Part shown: positions 26,356-35,821 of the stretch, piece after piece | Numbering within the stretch: the stretch's first letter is position 1 | Layout: each line of letters starts with the position of its first letter | NCBI GenBank assembly: GCA_014730115.1 | Contig: WJIU01000037.1 | Coordinates: 422-64,421 of the forward strand | Source of the DNA: Candidatus Micrarchaeota archaeon | GTDB taxonomy: Archaea; Micrarchaeota; Micrarchaeia; Anstonellales; Bilamarchaeaceae | Length of the DNA stretch: 64,000 bases | Direction: 5' to 3' | Notes under the pieces: generated by a model | What the model saw: only the letters and a program-made list of their open reading frames with translations | Databases searched by the model: none | Told to the model about the DNA's origin: nothing | Program-made: the position numbers and the translations under genes

Positions 26356-27359
26356 TCTCTCATGAAGGGCGGCATGAACCTGTTTTTCAGCTCCCTGTCC
26401 TGTATCCTGTTTATTGTACTCCTGAGAAATCCGGTCACCATGGTTGTTTTTGCACGCTTCCGGGACAGTCCCCTGCTCATAAGATAAAACAGCTTTTCCT
26501 CCTCTATTTTCCTTACCGCTGCAGAGTGGGAGCATTCAACCTCGTTGTGTTTTATCTCCAGCACCGGCTCCGCCCCGGCCTGTGCATTTTTGTCCAGAAG
26601 CAGAATCTGCTGCTCCAGCCTGGATTTGGAACCCTTTCCGTTGCTCTCCACCGTGACATTGCCCCTGAATTCAGTGGCAGAACTGTCCTGGGCCACCCCG
26701 CGCATCACCACTTCACTGGCAGTATTGTGGGACGAATGAACAACACTTGAATCAAGGTTGAGCTTTTCAGAGCCCCCGCCGATGGAAAGCCCCAGGTGCA
26801 TGGCACTGGCATCAAGCCCGGTGAGGCTGCTTGCAACCTCCCCCCTTCCGCTTCCGCCCCAGAATGAGGCAGTGCTTATGCTTGCGCCGGAGGATGCAGC
26901 TGCAGCCTGGCCATGATAGGCAAAATGCCCCTTGTACTTGAGCAGGCCTGCTTTCAGGGAGGAGCCGGGCTCCAGTTCAAGCCCAACCAGGTCCATTGCT
27001 TGCGAGGCAATAGTGGTAAACAGCCTGAGAACCGAATTTTCGGCCAGAAATACGAAATTCAGCGACAATGAATGGTCGCAAAGGAATTCAAGGGAAGCCT
27101 TCTTGTTGGGGGGAACAAGGAAAAAATTGCATTCGCTGAAGCTGCCTGCAACGGCAGATGCGTGAGGGCCGGGGAGCCTGCTTCTGCTACCGGATATTGC
27201 CTTTTTTGCAAATTTGCTGTCCCTTTCAAGCATTTCCCCAAGGGTGTAGTGCCGGACATTCTTTGAGCTGAACTGCAGGGCCCGGGGATTCCGGATAATG
27301 GAATCGCATGCCGATGAACGGGCATCTTCCATTTCCTTCTCCAGCCAGCCCGGTTTCAT
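26352..27359 (-). CDS. sufD: Fe-S cluster assembly protein SufD
   Basis: SufBD-type beta-helix C-terminus (HSAAVRKIEEEKLFYLMSRGLSRKRAKTTMVTGFL). Start overlaps the sufB stop (ATGA). Confidence 0.8.
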   Translation of the reverse strand: MKPGWLEKEMEDARSSACDSIIRNPRALQFSSKNVRHYTLGEMLERDSKFAKKAISGSRSRLPGPHASAVAGSFSECNFFLVPPNKKASLEFLCDHSLSLNFVFLAENSVLRLFTTIASQAMDLVGLELEPGSSLKAGLLKYKGHFAYHGQAAAASSGASISTASFWGGSGRGEVASSLTGLDASAMHLGLSIGGGSEKLNLDSSVVHSSHNTASEVVMRGVAQDSSATEFRGNVTVESNGKGSKSRLEQQILLLDKNAQAGAEPVLEIKHNEVECSHSAAVRKIEEEKLFYLMSRGLSRKRAKTTMVTGFLRSTINRIQDRELKNRFMPPFMRD

Positions 27360-28735
27360 CCTACAGAACCCTCCATCTGAAGCTGAATAAGCCGGTTCAG
27401 CTCCACTGCATATTCCATCGGAAGCTCTTTGGTAAAGGACTCCATGAAGCCCAGCACAACCATGGAAAGGGCGTCCTTTTCGCTTATTCCCCTGCTCATA
27501 AGATAAAACAGCTTTTCCCGACTGATGCTTCCCACCTTGGCCTCGTGGCTTACTGAGGCCCGGTTCTGCCTGTCAACAATCCTGGGGTAGGTGTCTGTTC
27601 TGGATTTATCATCCAGGAGGTAGGCATTGCACTGCACAAAGCTGCCGGAGTCCTCTGCCGTTTCATCAACGTGCACCAGCCCCCTGAAGCTGGACCTTCC
27701 CCCTTCCTGGCATACGCTTTTGGAAACAATTTTGGAATGGGTGCCCGGCGCAATGTGGATTGCCTTTGCGCCCACATCCTGCACCTGGCCCCTGCCCGCA
27801 TAAGTCATGCCCAGAAGCTCGGCTCTGGCGCCTTTTCCCCTGAGTATCACTGCGGGATATTTCATGGTTACCCTGCTTCCCATGTTTCCGTCCAGCCATT
27901 CCACAACCGCATTTTCGCCTGCCACGCAACGCTTTGTCACAAGGTTGTAAACATTGCTTGACCAGTTCTGGATGGTGGTGAACCTGAGTTTTGAGTTCTT
28001 TTTTGCAATGACCTCCACAACAGCAGCATGAAGAGACGCTTTGGAGAAAACCGGTGCCGAGCACCCTTCAATGTAATTGACGGCCGAGCCCTCCTCCGCA
28101 ATTACGAGGCTGCGCTCGAACTGGCCCAGCTTTTCCGCGTTTATTCTGAAATATGTCTGGAGGGGGACATCCGCCTGCACTCCTTCAGGAACATATATGA
28201 AGGACCCCCCGCTCCAGGCTGCGGTATTAAGGGCTGAGAATTTATTGTCTCCGGATGGCACCACTGTGCCAAAATATTTTTTTACAATGTCAGCATGCTC
28301 CTGCAGGGCGGTGTCCATGTCTGTGAATATTATGCCTTTCTTTGCCCATTGCTTCTTCAGCCGGTGGTAGACCATTTCGCTTTCATACTGGGCAGCGCTT
28401 CCGGCCAGAAACTTCCTTTCTGCCTCAGGAATGCCGAGCCGGTCGAAGGTTTTCCTGATATCATCAGGGACATCCTCCCAGGCGTCGGCCTTTTTATCGG
28501 TGGCTTTTAGGTAATAGTGAAGATTGCTTAAATCCAGCCCGGAGAGGTCAGGCCCCCATGATGGGAGGGGCATGGATTCAAAGAGGCTGAGCCCCTCCAG
28601 CCGCTTTCCAAGCATCCACTCCGGCTCATTCTTTTCCCTGGACAGATTTCTGATTACCTTTTCGGAAATGCCCGGCCCGGAGCGGAACGGAAAGGTTTGC
28701 GGTTCAGTGTCTTTTTTTTCTGTTTCACGGCCCAC
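27356..28735 (-). CDS. sufB: Fe-S cluster assembly protein SufB
   Basis: EPEWMLGKRLEGL, ...VSHEAKVGSISREKLFYLMSRGISEKDALSMVVLGF. GTG start with AAGGTG 7 nt upstream. Confidence 0.9.
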   Translation of the reverse strand: MGRETEKKDTEPQTFPFRSGPGISEKVIRNLSREKNEPEWMLGKRLEGLSLFESMPLPSWGPDLSGLDLSNLHYYLKATDKKADAWEDVPDDIRKTFDRLGIPEAERKFLAGSAAQYESEMVYHRLKKQWAKKGIIFTDMDTALQEHADIVKKYFGTVVPSGDNKFSALNTAAWSGGSFIYVPEGVQADVPLQTYFRINAEKLGQFERSLVIAEEGSAVNYIEGCSAPVFSKASLHAAVVEVIAKKNSKLRFTTIQNWSSNVYNLVTKRCVAGENAVVEWLDGNMGSRVTMKYPAVILRGKGARAELLGMTYAGRGQVQDVGAKAIHIAPGTHSKIVSKSVCQEGGRSSFRGLVHVDETAEDSGSFVQCNAYLLDDKSRTDTYPRIVDRQNRASVSHEAKVGSISREKLFYLMSRGISEKDALSMVVLGFMESFTKELPMEYAVELNRLIQLQMEGSVG

Positions 28736-28804
28736 CAGTTTGCACCTTCTGGAATAACCTGCAACTAACTATTAAAATACATTACAACAGTATTATCGCT
28801 GCCT
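28736..28804. promoter_or_regulatory. 69-bp divergent promoter region between sufBD and sufCSU
   Basis: AT-rich CTATTAAAATAC about 35 nt before the sufC ATG. sufB starts on the opposite strand at 28735. Confidence 0.4.
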
Positions 28805-29545
28805 ATGTTCGACATAAAACAGCTCTCAGTGAGTGTGGGGGGCAAGAAGGTTATCAGGGGGCTCAGCCTCAGCCTCGGTGACGGCGAAATTCATGTAGTG
28901 ATGGGCCCCAACGGGGCCGGCAAAAGCACCCTGGCCGAGGCCCTGCTCGGGCACCCTTCCCTTTCAGTGGAGGGCAAAATCATTCTGGACGGCGAGGACA
29001 TCACGGGCATGCAGACGCATGAAAGGGCCCGGAAGGGGCTGTTCCTTGCATTCCAGCATCCTGAGGAGATTGAAGGCGTTACGGTTAGCAACTTCCTAAG
29101 GAAAGCCAAATCATCGGACAAGAGTCAGGACATTGACGAAATGGTAAGTGAGCACAAGGAACTGGAAAGAAATGCCGAGAAGCTGGGGATGAAAAAGGAC
29201 ATTGTGAAAAGGGAGCTCAATGTGGGGTTTTCAGGCGGGGAAAAAAAGAGGATGGAAATGCTCCAGGCCCTGTCTCTCAGCCCCAAGGTAGTTATGCTGG
29301 ATGAAGTTGATTCGGGCCTTGATGTTGACGGCCTGAGACTGGTGGCGAAAGCCCTTGAAGAAATGAAGGACGGAAAAAGGTGCTTTCTGCTGATCACCCA
29401 CTATCCCAGGATTCTGCGCTACATAAAGGCAGACTATGTGCATATTATGGTGGATGGGAGGATAGTGAAAACAGACCACGAGAAGCTTGCCCATGATGTG
29501 GAGGAAAGGGGCTATGCCCCCTACCTGGAGGGAGAAGATGCTTGA
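28805..29545 (+). CDS. sufC: Fe-S cluster assembly ATPase SufC
   Basis: Walker A GPNGAGKST, signature FSGGEKKR, Walker B VVMLDEVDSGLD. Confidence 0.9.
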   Translation: MFDIKQLSVSVGGKKVIRGLSLSLGDGEIHVVMGPNGAGKSTLAEALLGHPSLSVEGKIILDGEDITGMQTHERARKGLFLAFQHPEEIEGVTVSNFLRKAKSSDKSQDIDEMVSEHKELERNAEKLGMKKDIVKRELNVGFSGGEKKRMEMLQALSLSPKVVMLDEVDSGLDVDGLRLVAKALEEMKDGKRCFLLITHYPRILRYIKADYVHIMVDGRIVKTDHEKLAHDVEERGYAPYLEGEDA

Positions 29546-30743
29546 CGCGAAGAAGATAAGGAAGGATTTCCCCGTCTTTGACACCGGCATAATATACCTG
29601 GATTCGGCAGCTACGTCACAGAAACCAAGGCAGGTAATTGAAGCAGTAAGCAATTTCTATAAAACAAAGAACTCCAATGTTGCCAGGGGGCTTTACCGCA
29701 TTGCGGAGGAGGCCACCATGGCCTATGAGTCTGTCCGGAAAAAGGCGGCATCATTTATCAACGCCCGGGAAGCCGGGGAAATCATATTTACCAGGAATAC
29801 CACCGAAGGGGCCAACTTGGTAATGCGCGGCTGGGGCGAGAAAAACATGGGAAAGGGGGGAAAGGTTGCAACAACCATGCTTGAGCACCACACCAACTTT
29901 GTCCCCTGGCAGGTGCTTGCCAAAAGAAAAGGGGCTGAATTCGCAGTGGCAGAAATAACTGATGAAGGCCTGCTGGACGAGGCTGACCTGGAGCAGAAAA
30001 TCAGGGGTGCCAGTCTGGTTGCAGTTTCGGCCGCCTCCAATGTTTTAGGCACAATGCCCGATACAAAAAAAATATGCAGGATTGCCCACGACAATGGCGC
30101 ACTCTGCTTTGTTGATGCTGCCCAGTACGCGCCGTCAATTCCGGTAAATGTAAAAGAAATGGGCTGTGATTTCCTTGCATTCTCGGGGCACAAGATGCTT
30201 GCTCCTTTTGGCGCAGGGGTTCTTTACGGCAGGCATGACATTCTTGAGGATATGGACCCGCTTCTTTACGGCAGCGAAATGATAAGGGAAGTGCATCCTG
30301 ACCATTCCGAATGGGCGGAAATTCCCCACAAGTTTGAGGCAGGCACGCCTGCAGTGGATGCAGTGGTCGGCCTGGGCGCAGCCATGGATTATCTCAGTTC
30401 AGCAGGGCTGGAGAATATAAGGAACCATGAAATGGAACTTGTGAAGCTTATGCTGGAAAGGCTTTCTGAAATAAAAGGCCTGGAAATTCTGGGGCCTGAA
30501 GACCCTGGCAGGAGAGGGGCCCTGGTGGCATTCACTGTTGAGGGCGTCCACCCCCATGATATTTCTGCAATGCTTTCCGAAGACAATGTCTGCGTGAGGA
30601 GCGGGCACCACTGTGCAATGCCGCTGCACACCCGCCTGGGCGTTGCTGCAAGCACCCGGGCAAGCGTTTACCTTTATAACACCAAAGAGGATATTGATGC
30701 CTTGGCGGAATCACTGCACAAGGTTGAGAAGCTGTTCAAATGA
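29538..30743 (+). CDS. sufS: cysteine desulfurase SufS (class V aminotransferase)
   Basis: MLDAKKIRKDFPVF start, HHTNFVPWQ, SGHKMLAPFGAGVLYG (PLP Lys), RSGHHCAMP (catalytic Cys). Overlaps sufC by 8 nt. The track start at 29487 is an over-extension. Confidence 0.9.
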   Translation: MLDAKKIRKDFPVFDTGIIYLDSAATSQKPRQVIEAVSNFYKTKNSNVARGLYRIAEEATMAYESVRKKAASFINAREAGEIIFTRNTTEGANLVMRGWGEKNMGKGGKVATTMLEHHTNFVPWQVLAKRKGAEFAVAEITDEGLLDEADLEQKIRGASLVAVSAASNVLGTMPDTKKICRIAHDNGALCFVDAAQYAPSIPVNVKEMGCDFLAFSGHKMLAPFGAGVLYGRHDILEDMDPLLYGSEMIREVHPDHSEWAEIPHKFEAGTPAVDAVVGLGAAMDYLSSAGLENIRNHEMELVKLMLERLSEIKGLEILGPEDPGRRGALVAFTVEGVHPHDISAMLSEDNVCVRSGHHCAMPLHTRLGVAASTRASVYLYNTKEDIDALAESLHKVEKLFK

Positions 30744-30789
30744 AAAGGCTGCTGCTCACCAGCATGGCTTGCAACTTAGGGTTTTTCTG

Positions 30790-31164
30790 ATGGAAGAGAT
30801 ATACCAGGAATACATAATCGAACTCTACAAGAATCCCAGAAATTACGGCGAAATTCCTGATTCAGAAAGGGCAGAGGTGAGCAATCCGACCTGCGGGGAC
30901 CGCATAACCCTCTTCCTTAAAATCAGGGACGGCATTGTCCAGAATGCAAAATTCACGGGCCATGGATGCGCCATCAGCCAGGCCAGCGCTTCGCTTTTCA
31001 CCGGATTCATCAGGGGAAAGTCCCTTGAAGAGCTTTCAGGCGTAGGGAAAGAGGATGTGCTTTCCCTGCTCAGGATTGATTTAAGCAGGAATCCCACCAG
31101 GATGAGGTGCGCCCTTCTCCCCCTTGATGCATTGAAAAAGTTGCTGAAAGATGTTTTGCCTTAG
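30790..31164 (+). CDS. sufU: SufU/IscU-type Fe-S scaffold / sulfur acceptor
   Basis: NPTCGD, GHGCAIS and MRCALLPLDAL Cys ligand motifs. ATG at 30790; the track ORF from 30613 overlaps sufS. Confidence 0.85.
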   Translation: MEEIYQEYIIELYKNPRNYGEIPDSERAEVSNPTCGDRITLFLKIRDGIVQNAKFTGHGCAISQASASLFTGFIRGKSLEELSGVGKEDVLSLLRIDLSRNPTRMRCALLPLDALKKLLKDVLP

Positions 31165-31207
31165 AATAACACAACTTTAAAAACATTTTTTACCACTAGT
31201 TATAGTT

Positions 31208-31615
31208 ATGAAAAAGCTTTACAGAGAACTTGCACAGGCCACATTTGAAAAGAGAAAGGTCGGCAACGGCTACCGCTCAGGAACCGGAAAAATCCAGGGC
31301 AACAAAAGAGAATACCTTTTCAGAGCCAGAAAACAGGGGGGTTCTCTCAGCGACTGGAGGGCCTTTCCCGGGCTGAAAGAAGGGCCGGACCTGGGAGACC
31401 TTGAAACCCATGAAGCCGCAGCTGATTATATGAAGGAACTTCCAGACGAAACCGAGTTGGTAATGTCCGTTTCCATACAAGGAAAGCAGGTATCCCGGAT
31501 GCATATAGTGGTTGTGGACCCCCTGAACCAGCCGGTTGCAGTCTCTTCCTGGGAAAAGGAAGGAGGATTCGGCTTCCAGGAAATTCCGGCAGACTCATTT
31601 CAGCAAGCAAACTGA
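31208..31615 (+). CDS. hypothetical protein (135 aa)
   Basis: ATG ORF between sufU and rbcL on the same strand. No motif recognised. Confidence 0.5.
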   Translation: MKKLYRELAQATFEKRKVGNGYRSGTGKIQGNKREYLFRARKQGGSLSDWRAFPGLKEGPDLGDLETHEAAADYMKELPDETELVMSVSIQGKQVSRMHIVVVDPLNQPVAVSSWEKEGGFGFQEIPADSFQQAN

Positions 31616-31629
31616 GGCATCCCCATTAA

Positions 31630-31639
31630 TTTTATATTT
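31630..31639 (+). promoter_or_regulatory. TATA-box candidate for rbcL (likely leaderless or very short 5' UTR)
   Basis: TTTTATATTT is centred about 25 nt before the ATG at 31660. No SD lies in between. Confidence 0.45.
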
Positions 31640-31659
31640 CTTGCATTACTCTTCTTTCC

Positions 31660-32955
31660 ATGGCCAAGATAGACTGGTATGAGGAATTTGTGGATTTTAA
31701 TTACAAGCCGGCAAGGGACGAGCTGGTTTGTTTATTCTACTTTGAGCCTGCAAAAGGCATGAGCAAAAAGGAGGCTGCAGGAAGGATAGCCTCGGAAAGC
31801 TCAACCGGCACATGGACTACCCTGCACAGGCTTCCGGACCGGATGAACAAGCTCCAGGCAACCGCATTTGACATGGAAGGCAGCTATCTGAAGGTCGCCT
31901 ATCCATTGGGGCTGTGGGAGGAAGGCAACGTCTGCCAGCTCCTCAGCGGCATAGCAGGGAATATCTTCGGCATGAAGGCAGTGAAAAACCTCAGGCTGGT
32001 CGATGCATCCCTTCCCCAGAAATATATCAAGGCATTCAGGGGACCACACCACGGGACAACGGGCATAAGGAAAATAATGAAGGTCAAAAAAAGGCCCCTG
32101 ACCGGTGCCGTACCCAAGCCCAAAATCGGGTTCAGCGCCGCCGAGCATGCAAAGGTGGCATATGAAACCTGGATGGGCGGATTCGATTTTGTGAAGGACG
32201 ACGAAAACCTGACCTCCACCAGCTTCAACAGGTTTGAGGAAAGGGTCAGGCTTATGGCCAAAACCAGGGACAAGGCAGAAAAGGAAACCGGGGAAACAAA
32301 ATCAGCATTCATCAACATCACCGGCGAAACCGAGCTGATGAAGAAGAGGGCGAAGCTCCTGAACTATTACGGCTTCAAGTATGCAATGATTGATGTGGTG
32401 GTCACCGGCCCGGCCGCAGTGAACACCATGAGAAACTATCTCGCCGACATGGATATGGCAATCCATGCCCACCGGGCAATGCATGCCGCATTTGACCGGA
32501 ACCCCAGGCATGGGATAACAATGCAGTTCATCGCCAAGATTATGAGGCTTATCGGGGTTACCCAGATTCATTCCGGAACGGCGGTGGGTAAGCTGGTGGG
32601 CTCCAAAGACGAGGTAAAGGCCATCGCCGACACTTTAAGGAAAAAGAAGGTCCAGCCCAAGAAGCACCTCCTGCTGAAGCAGGACTGGGGCAAAATCAGG
32701 GATGCCTTCCCGGTATCGTCAGGAGGCCTTCACCCCGGGCTGGTGCCGGACGTCATGAAGATTTACGGCAACGAACTGGTGCTTTTGGTCAGCGGGGGAA
32801 TACACGGGCACCCCAAAGGCACCCGGGCAGGGGCTGCCGCAGTAATGGCCGCAGTGGATGCGGTCATGAGCAACCAGACGCTCAAGGAAAAGGCAAAGGA
32901 GAGCAAGGAGCTTGCCCAGGCCCTTGAAAAATGGGGAAGGATGAAGCCGAAATAG
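31660..32955 (+). CDS. rbcL: ribulose-1,5-bisphosphate carboxylase/oxygenase large subunit, form III-like
   Basis: SESSTGTWTT, AGNIFG, PKPKIG, GGFDFVKDDE (carbamylated Lys), HAHRAMHAA, IHSGTAVGKLVG (loop 6), SGGLHPG and GGIHGHP are all present. No small subunit nearby. Confidence 0.9.
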   Translation: MAKIDWYEEFVDFNYKPARDELVCLFYFEPAKGMSKKEAAGRIASESSTGTWTTLHRLPDRMNKLQATAFDMEGSYLKVAYPLGLWEEGNVCQLLSGIAGNIFGMKAVKNLRLVDASLPQKYIKAFRGPHHGTTGIRKIMKVKKRPLTGAVPKPKIGFSAAEHAKVAYETWMGGFDFVKDDENLTSTSFNRFEERVRLMAKTRDKAEKETGETKSAFINITGETELMKKRAKLLNYYGFKYAMIDVVVTGPAAVNTMRNYLADMDMAIHAHRAMHAAFDRNPRHGITMQFIAKIMRLIGVTQIHSGTAVGKLVGSKDEVKAIADTLRKKKVQPKKHLLLKQDWGKIRDAFPVSSGGLHPGLVPDVMKIYGNELVLLVSGGIHGHPKGTRAGAAAVMAAVDAVMSNQTLKEKAKESKELAQALEKWGRMKPK

Positions 32956-32957
32956 GA

Positions 32958-33224
32958 TTAGCAAAGGTCGTTCTTTGCCAGCTCTTTCAGCATCTCAAGG
33001 TGCTCCTTCTCATTTTCAATTATTTTTTCAAATACCTCTGCGCACCTGGTGTGGTTTGCCCTTCTTGCATCCTCCAGGTATTTCTCAGAATGCCACAAAA
33101 ATTCAGCCGTCTTTGCCAGCTGCTTGGTCACATTGTAGCAGCAGTCGCACAATCCAGTATCTTTCATATATTTCACCCGGTGATGATTCAAAACAGGGAA
33201 TTTAATATTTTTACTCGTCTTCAT
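32958..33224 (-). CDS. hypothetical Cys/His-rich small protein (88 aa), possibly ferritin-like helix pair
   Basis: ATG ORF. Contains CDCC, HTRCAEVFEKIIENEKEHLEML (ExxH-type motif). Its start overlaps the last 14 nt of the upstream zinc-ribbon gene. Confidence 0.5.
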   Translation of the reverse strand: MKTSKNIKFPVLNHHRVKYMKDTGLCDCCYNVTKQLAKTAEFLWHSEKYLEDARRANHTRCAEVFEKIIENEKEHLEMLKELAKNDLC

Positions 33225-33369
33225 CTGTCAGGATTATGGGCAGCCCCCGGTATCCGCATTTCCTGCATTTGATTCTGGGGTCGGTGGCGCCCACCAGGGT
33301 GGGGCCGGACCTTATGTAGTCCCCGGGCTCCAGCACTTTTTTGCATTTGGGGCATACCCTGATTTTCAT
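33211..33369 (-). CDS. 52-aa zinc-ribbon protein (missed by the ORF track)
   Basis: MKIRVCPKCKKVLEPGDYIRSGPTLVGATDPRIKCRKCGYRGLPIILTDEDE. Has CPKC...C.KCGY.GLP..L..D(E)D like the ORFs at 45213 and 49002. Confidence 0.6.
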   Translation of the reverse strand: MKIRVCPKCKKVLEPGDYIRSGPTLVGATDPRIKCRKCGYRGLPIILTDEDE

Positions 33370-33420
33370 GTATATTTATCGGCAGATTAGGTTTTAGTAG
33401 TTTTGCAGAGAGGTTTTATC

Positions 33421-34068
33421 ATGAAAGTGACACACATCGGGCATGCAAGCTTTCTTGTGGAGCTGAAAGACAAAAAATTTCTGTTTGACCCATGGGTAAA
33501 GGGAAACGAGAAAGCTGCATTTGACATTGAAGAGGTAAAGAAAATGGATGCTGATTTTGTGTTTGTTTCCCATGGCCACGGAGACCACGGGTTTGCGGAG
33601 GCGGTGGAGATTACCAGGGACACGCGGGCAACGGCGATAGGTGTTTTTGAGCTCATAAATGCCCTCACTGAAAAGGGCGGAACCGGAATCGGCGCAAACA
33701 TAGGAGGCCGTTTCGTGGAGGACGGGGTGGAAATCTACCTGGCAAACGCAGCCCACAGCTGCCCGTTTGCAAATCCCTGCGGCTTTGTGGTGAGCTACAA
33801 GGGCGAGACAGTCTACCATGCAGGAGATACCGCCCTGATAAAGGACATGGAGCTTCTTCCCGAGCTTTTTGACATGGATGTTGCCCTGCTCCCTGCCGGC
33901 GGCCATTTCACCATGGGACCTGACGAGCTGAAGATTGCCAGGGGAATGCTAAAAGCCAAAAATTATGTGGCAATGCACTATGGGACCTTCCCTGCAATAG
34001 AGCAGGACCTGAAAAGGATAAGGGAGCTGGCTGACGTTATTGGGCCCGGGCAGAGCAGGGAGTACTGA
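33421..34068 (+). CDS. UPF0173-type metal-dependent hydrolase (MBL fold)
   Basis: MKVTHIGHASFLVE and VSHGHGDHG (HxHxDH). ATG at 33421; the track start at 33403 is TTG. Confidence 0.8.
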   Translation: MKVTHIGHASFLVELKDKKFLFDPWVKGNEKAAFDIEEVKKMDADFVFVSHGHGDHGFAEAVEITRDTRATAIGVFELINALTEKGGTGIGANIGGRFVEDGVEIYLANAAHSCPFANPCGFVVSYKGETVYHAGDTALIKDMELLPELFDMDVALLPAGGHFTMGPDELKIARGMLKAKNYVAMHYGTFPAIEQDLKRIRELADVIGPGQSREY

Positions 34069-34106
34069 GCGGCCCGCATTTAAAGAGTTCACATCAATCG
34101 TTCTGT

Positions 34107-35045
34107 GTGAATGTTACCGTACTTGGCAGCGGAATGGTTGCAAGGGAATTCTGCTCCCTTCTGAAAGGTGATTTCCGGGTAGTTTCGGGGGAGCGGCCGG
34201 AATGGGCCAAGGATTTCCTGAAGGCGGATGTCCGCAAGCTGAAACGCCTGGATACTGAATTCATTGTAAATACCCTGCCGTCAGGCCTCAACCGCAGGGC
34301 ACTGGAACTTGCACTCAACAGCAATGCAGATTATCTTGATTTCGCAACGTTCTCCAGCGTCAGGCCCGAGCACTTTGACTACAAAAAGGAATTCCTGAGG
34401 GAAGGCCTTTCCGGAATAGCCAATGCCGGCCTGGCGCCGGGCATGAGCAACCTGCTGGTAGCGCATGCAGATGGTGGGGGTTACCGGGACATTGAGCTTT
34501 TCATGCTGGAAGACGGAAACTCACAGAAGCTTTCCTGGAACTACAGGGATTTCCTTTATACCATATCAGACAGGCCGGTATGGGTTGAGAACGGCAGGAT
34601 GGTCAAGGTCGGGCAGTACTCCCATCCCCGTGCATTCAGGGGCAGGAAATTCTATGCCTTTTATGCAGATGAGGCCCTCAGCCTTTTCTACAATCTCCGC
34701 CCCCAAAACCTCCGGGTGAGAGCGGGCGGACGGGACATTGAGCAGGCAAGGCAAATCTTCAGGAAAAAAAGCAGGGGGAAGAAAATTGGCTTCCCTGAAA
34801 AAGGACCCCGGAAGGGCGGCAGCTACAGGATTTTCGTCAAGACCGGGGAAAAAATCCTTTCTGCAGGCTTTAAGAGAAAAGAGGGAAACCTTATAGCAGG
34901 CCTGGCTGCAGGGTTCGGACACCTGTTCTTCAAATACATTTCCAGCGCAGAAGGGCTGGCATTTCCCGAGGAGCTGCCTGCAGCAGTGCAAAGAAGGATA
35001 ATCCGGAATGCACAAAAGCAGCCCGGAGCTGAAATTAATATCTGA
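34107..35045 (+). CDS. saccharopine-dehydrogenase-like NAD(P)-binding protein
   Basis: Rossmann start VTVLGSGMVAREF. NTLPSGLNRRALELALNSNADYLDFA resembles the Sacchrp_dh N-domain. GTG start. Confidence 0.5.
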   Translation: MNVTVLGSGMVAREFCSLLKGDFRVVSGERPEWAKDFLKADVRKLKRLDTEFIVNTLPSGLNRRALELALNSNADYLDFATFSSVRPEHFDYKKEFLREGLSGIANAGLAPGMSNLLVAHADGGGYRDIELFMLEDGNSQKLSWNYRDFLYTISDRPVWVENGRMVKVGQYSHPRAFRGRKFYAFYADEALSLFYNLRPQNLRVRAGGRDIEQARQIFRKKSRGKKIGFPEKGPRKGGSYRIFVKTGEKILSAGFKRKEGNLIAGLAAGFGHLFFKYISSAEGLAFPEELPAAVQRRIIRNAQKQPGAEINI

Positions 35046-35052
35046 AAGGAAG

Positions 35053-35799
35053 ATGGTTGAAATGGAGAAAATATTTTTGGATTCCGAAGCAGGAAAGACA
35101 TGCTGCTTATACGGGAAAATGAGTGACAGCGGGCCGGTTGCAATTCTCGGCCATGGCTATCTCTCCAGCAAGGAGAGCAGGACAAACACCAGGCTTGCAG
35201 AGGTCCTGAATGCTGATGGGATTTCCACAATATCCTATGACATGTACGGCCACGGGGAAAGCGGTGGGAATCCTGAAAACCTGACCATTACAAGGGCGGT
35301 GCAGAACGTGCTTGCCGCATATGAGTTTGCTGAAAAGGAAGGCTTTGAAAAAATCGGCCTTTCCGGCTCCAGCTTTACCGGTGCGGTTTCCCTTGTTGCC
35401 GCGTCCAAAAGAAACTTCTCGGCATTGTCCCTGAAATGCCCGGTGTTTGACTCCAAAATGCTCTGGGATGAAAAGTACGGCGGGGAGGGGGTACAGGAAT
35501 GGAAGCAGAGCGGCTATATTTCGCCCTTTGGCAGAAAATGGTCTTATGAAGCCTATGAAGATGCAAAGGGCTATGACATGAAGGCGATAACCAAGAGCAT
35601 AAGGGCGCCCGCCCTGGTAATTCACGGTGACCGGGACGACACCGTCCCGCTTTCCCACGCACTTGCAATAATTGACAATCTTGACACCGAGAAAAAGCTG
35701 GTGGTTGTGGAGGGGGCAAAGCACGACTTCAGGAACATGGAGCATTTTGAAAAGATGATTTCAGCCAGCCGCTCCTGGCTAATCAGCCACCTTTATTAA
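35053..35799 (+). CDS. alpha/beta hydrolase
   Basis: AILGHGY, nucleophile-elbow-like GLSGSSFTG, ALVIHGDRDDTVP and a late His (GAKHDF). ATG at 35053 or 35062. Confidence 0.7.
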   Translation: MVEMEKIFLDSEAGKTCCLYGKMSDSGPVAILGHGYLSSKESRTNTRLAEVLNADGISTISYDMYGHGESGGNPENLTITRAVQNVLAAYEFAEKEGFEKIGLSGSSFTGAVSLVAASKRNFSALSLKCPVFDSKMLWDEKYGGEGVQEWKQSGYISPFGRKWSYEAYEDAKGYDMKAITKSIRAPALVIHGDRDDTVPLSHALAIIDNLDTEKKLVVVEGAKHDFRNMEHFEKMISASRSWLISHLY

Positions 35800-35821
35800 T
35801 CATCACACACAAAATAAATTC

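Noticed and set aside
30613-30789. Upstream extension of the SufU ORF, and similar extensions at 29487, 12058, 40758, 735 and 49787
   Set aside because: Each extension overlaps the preceding gene or lacks sense. Internal ATGs give canonical N-termini or signal peptides.
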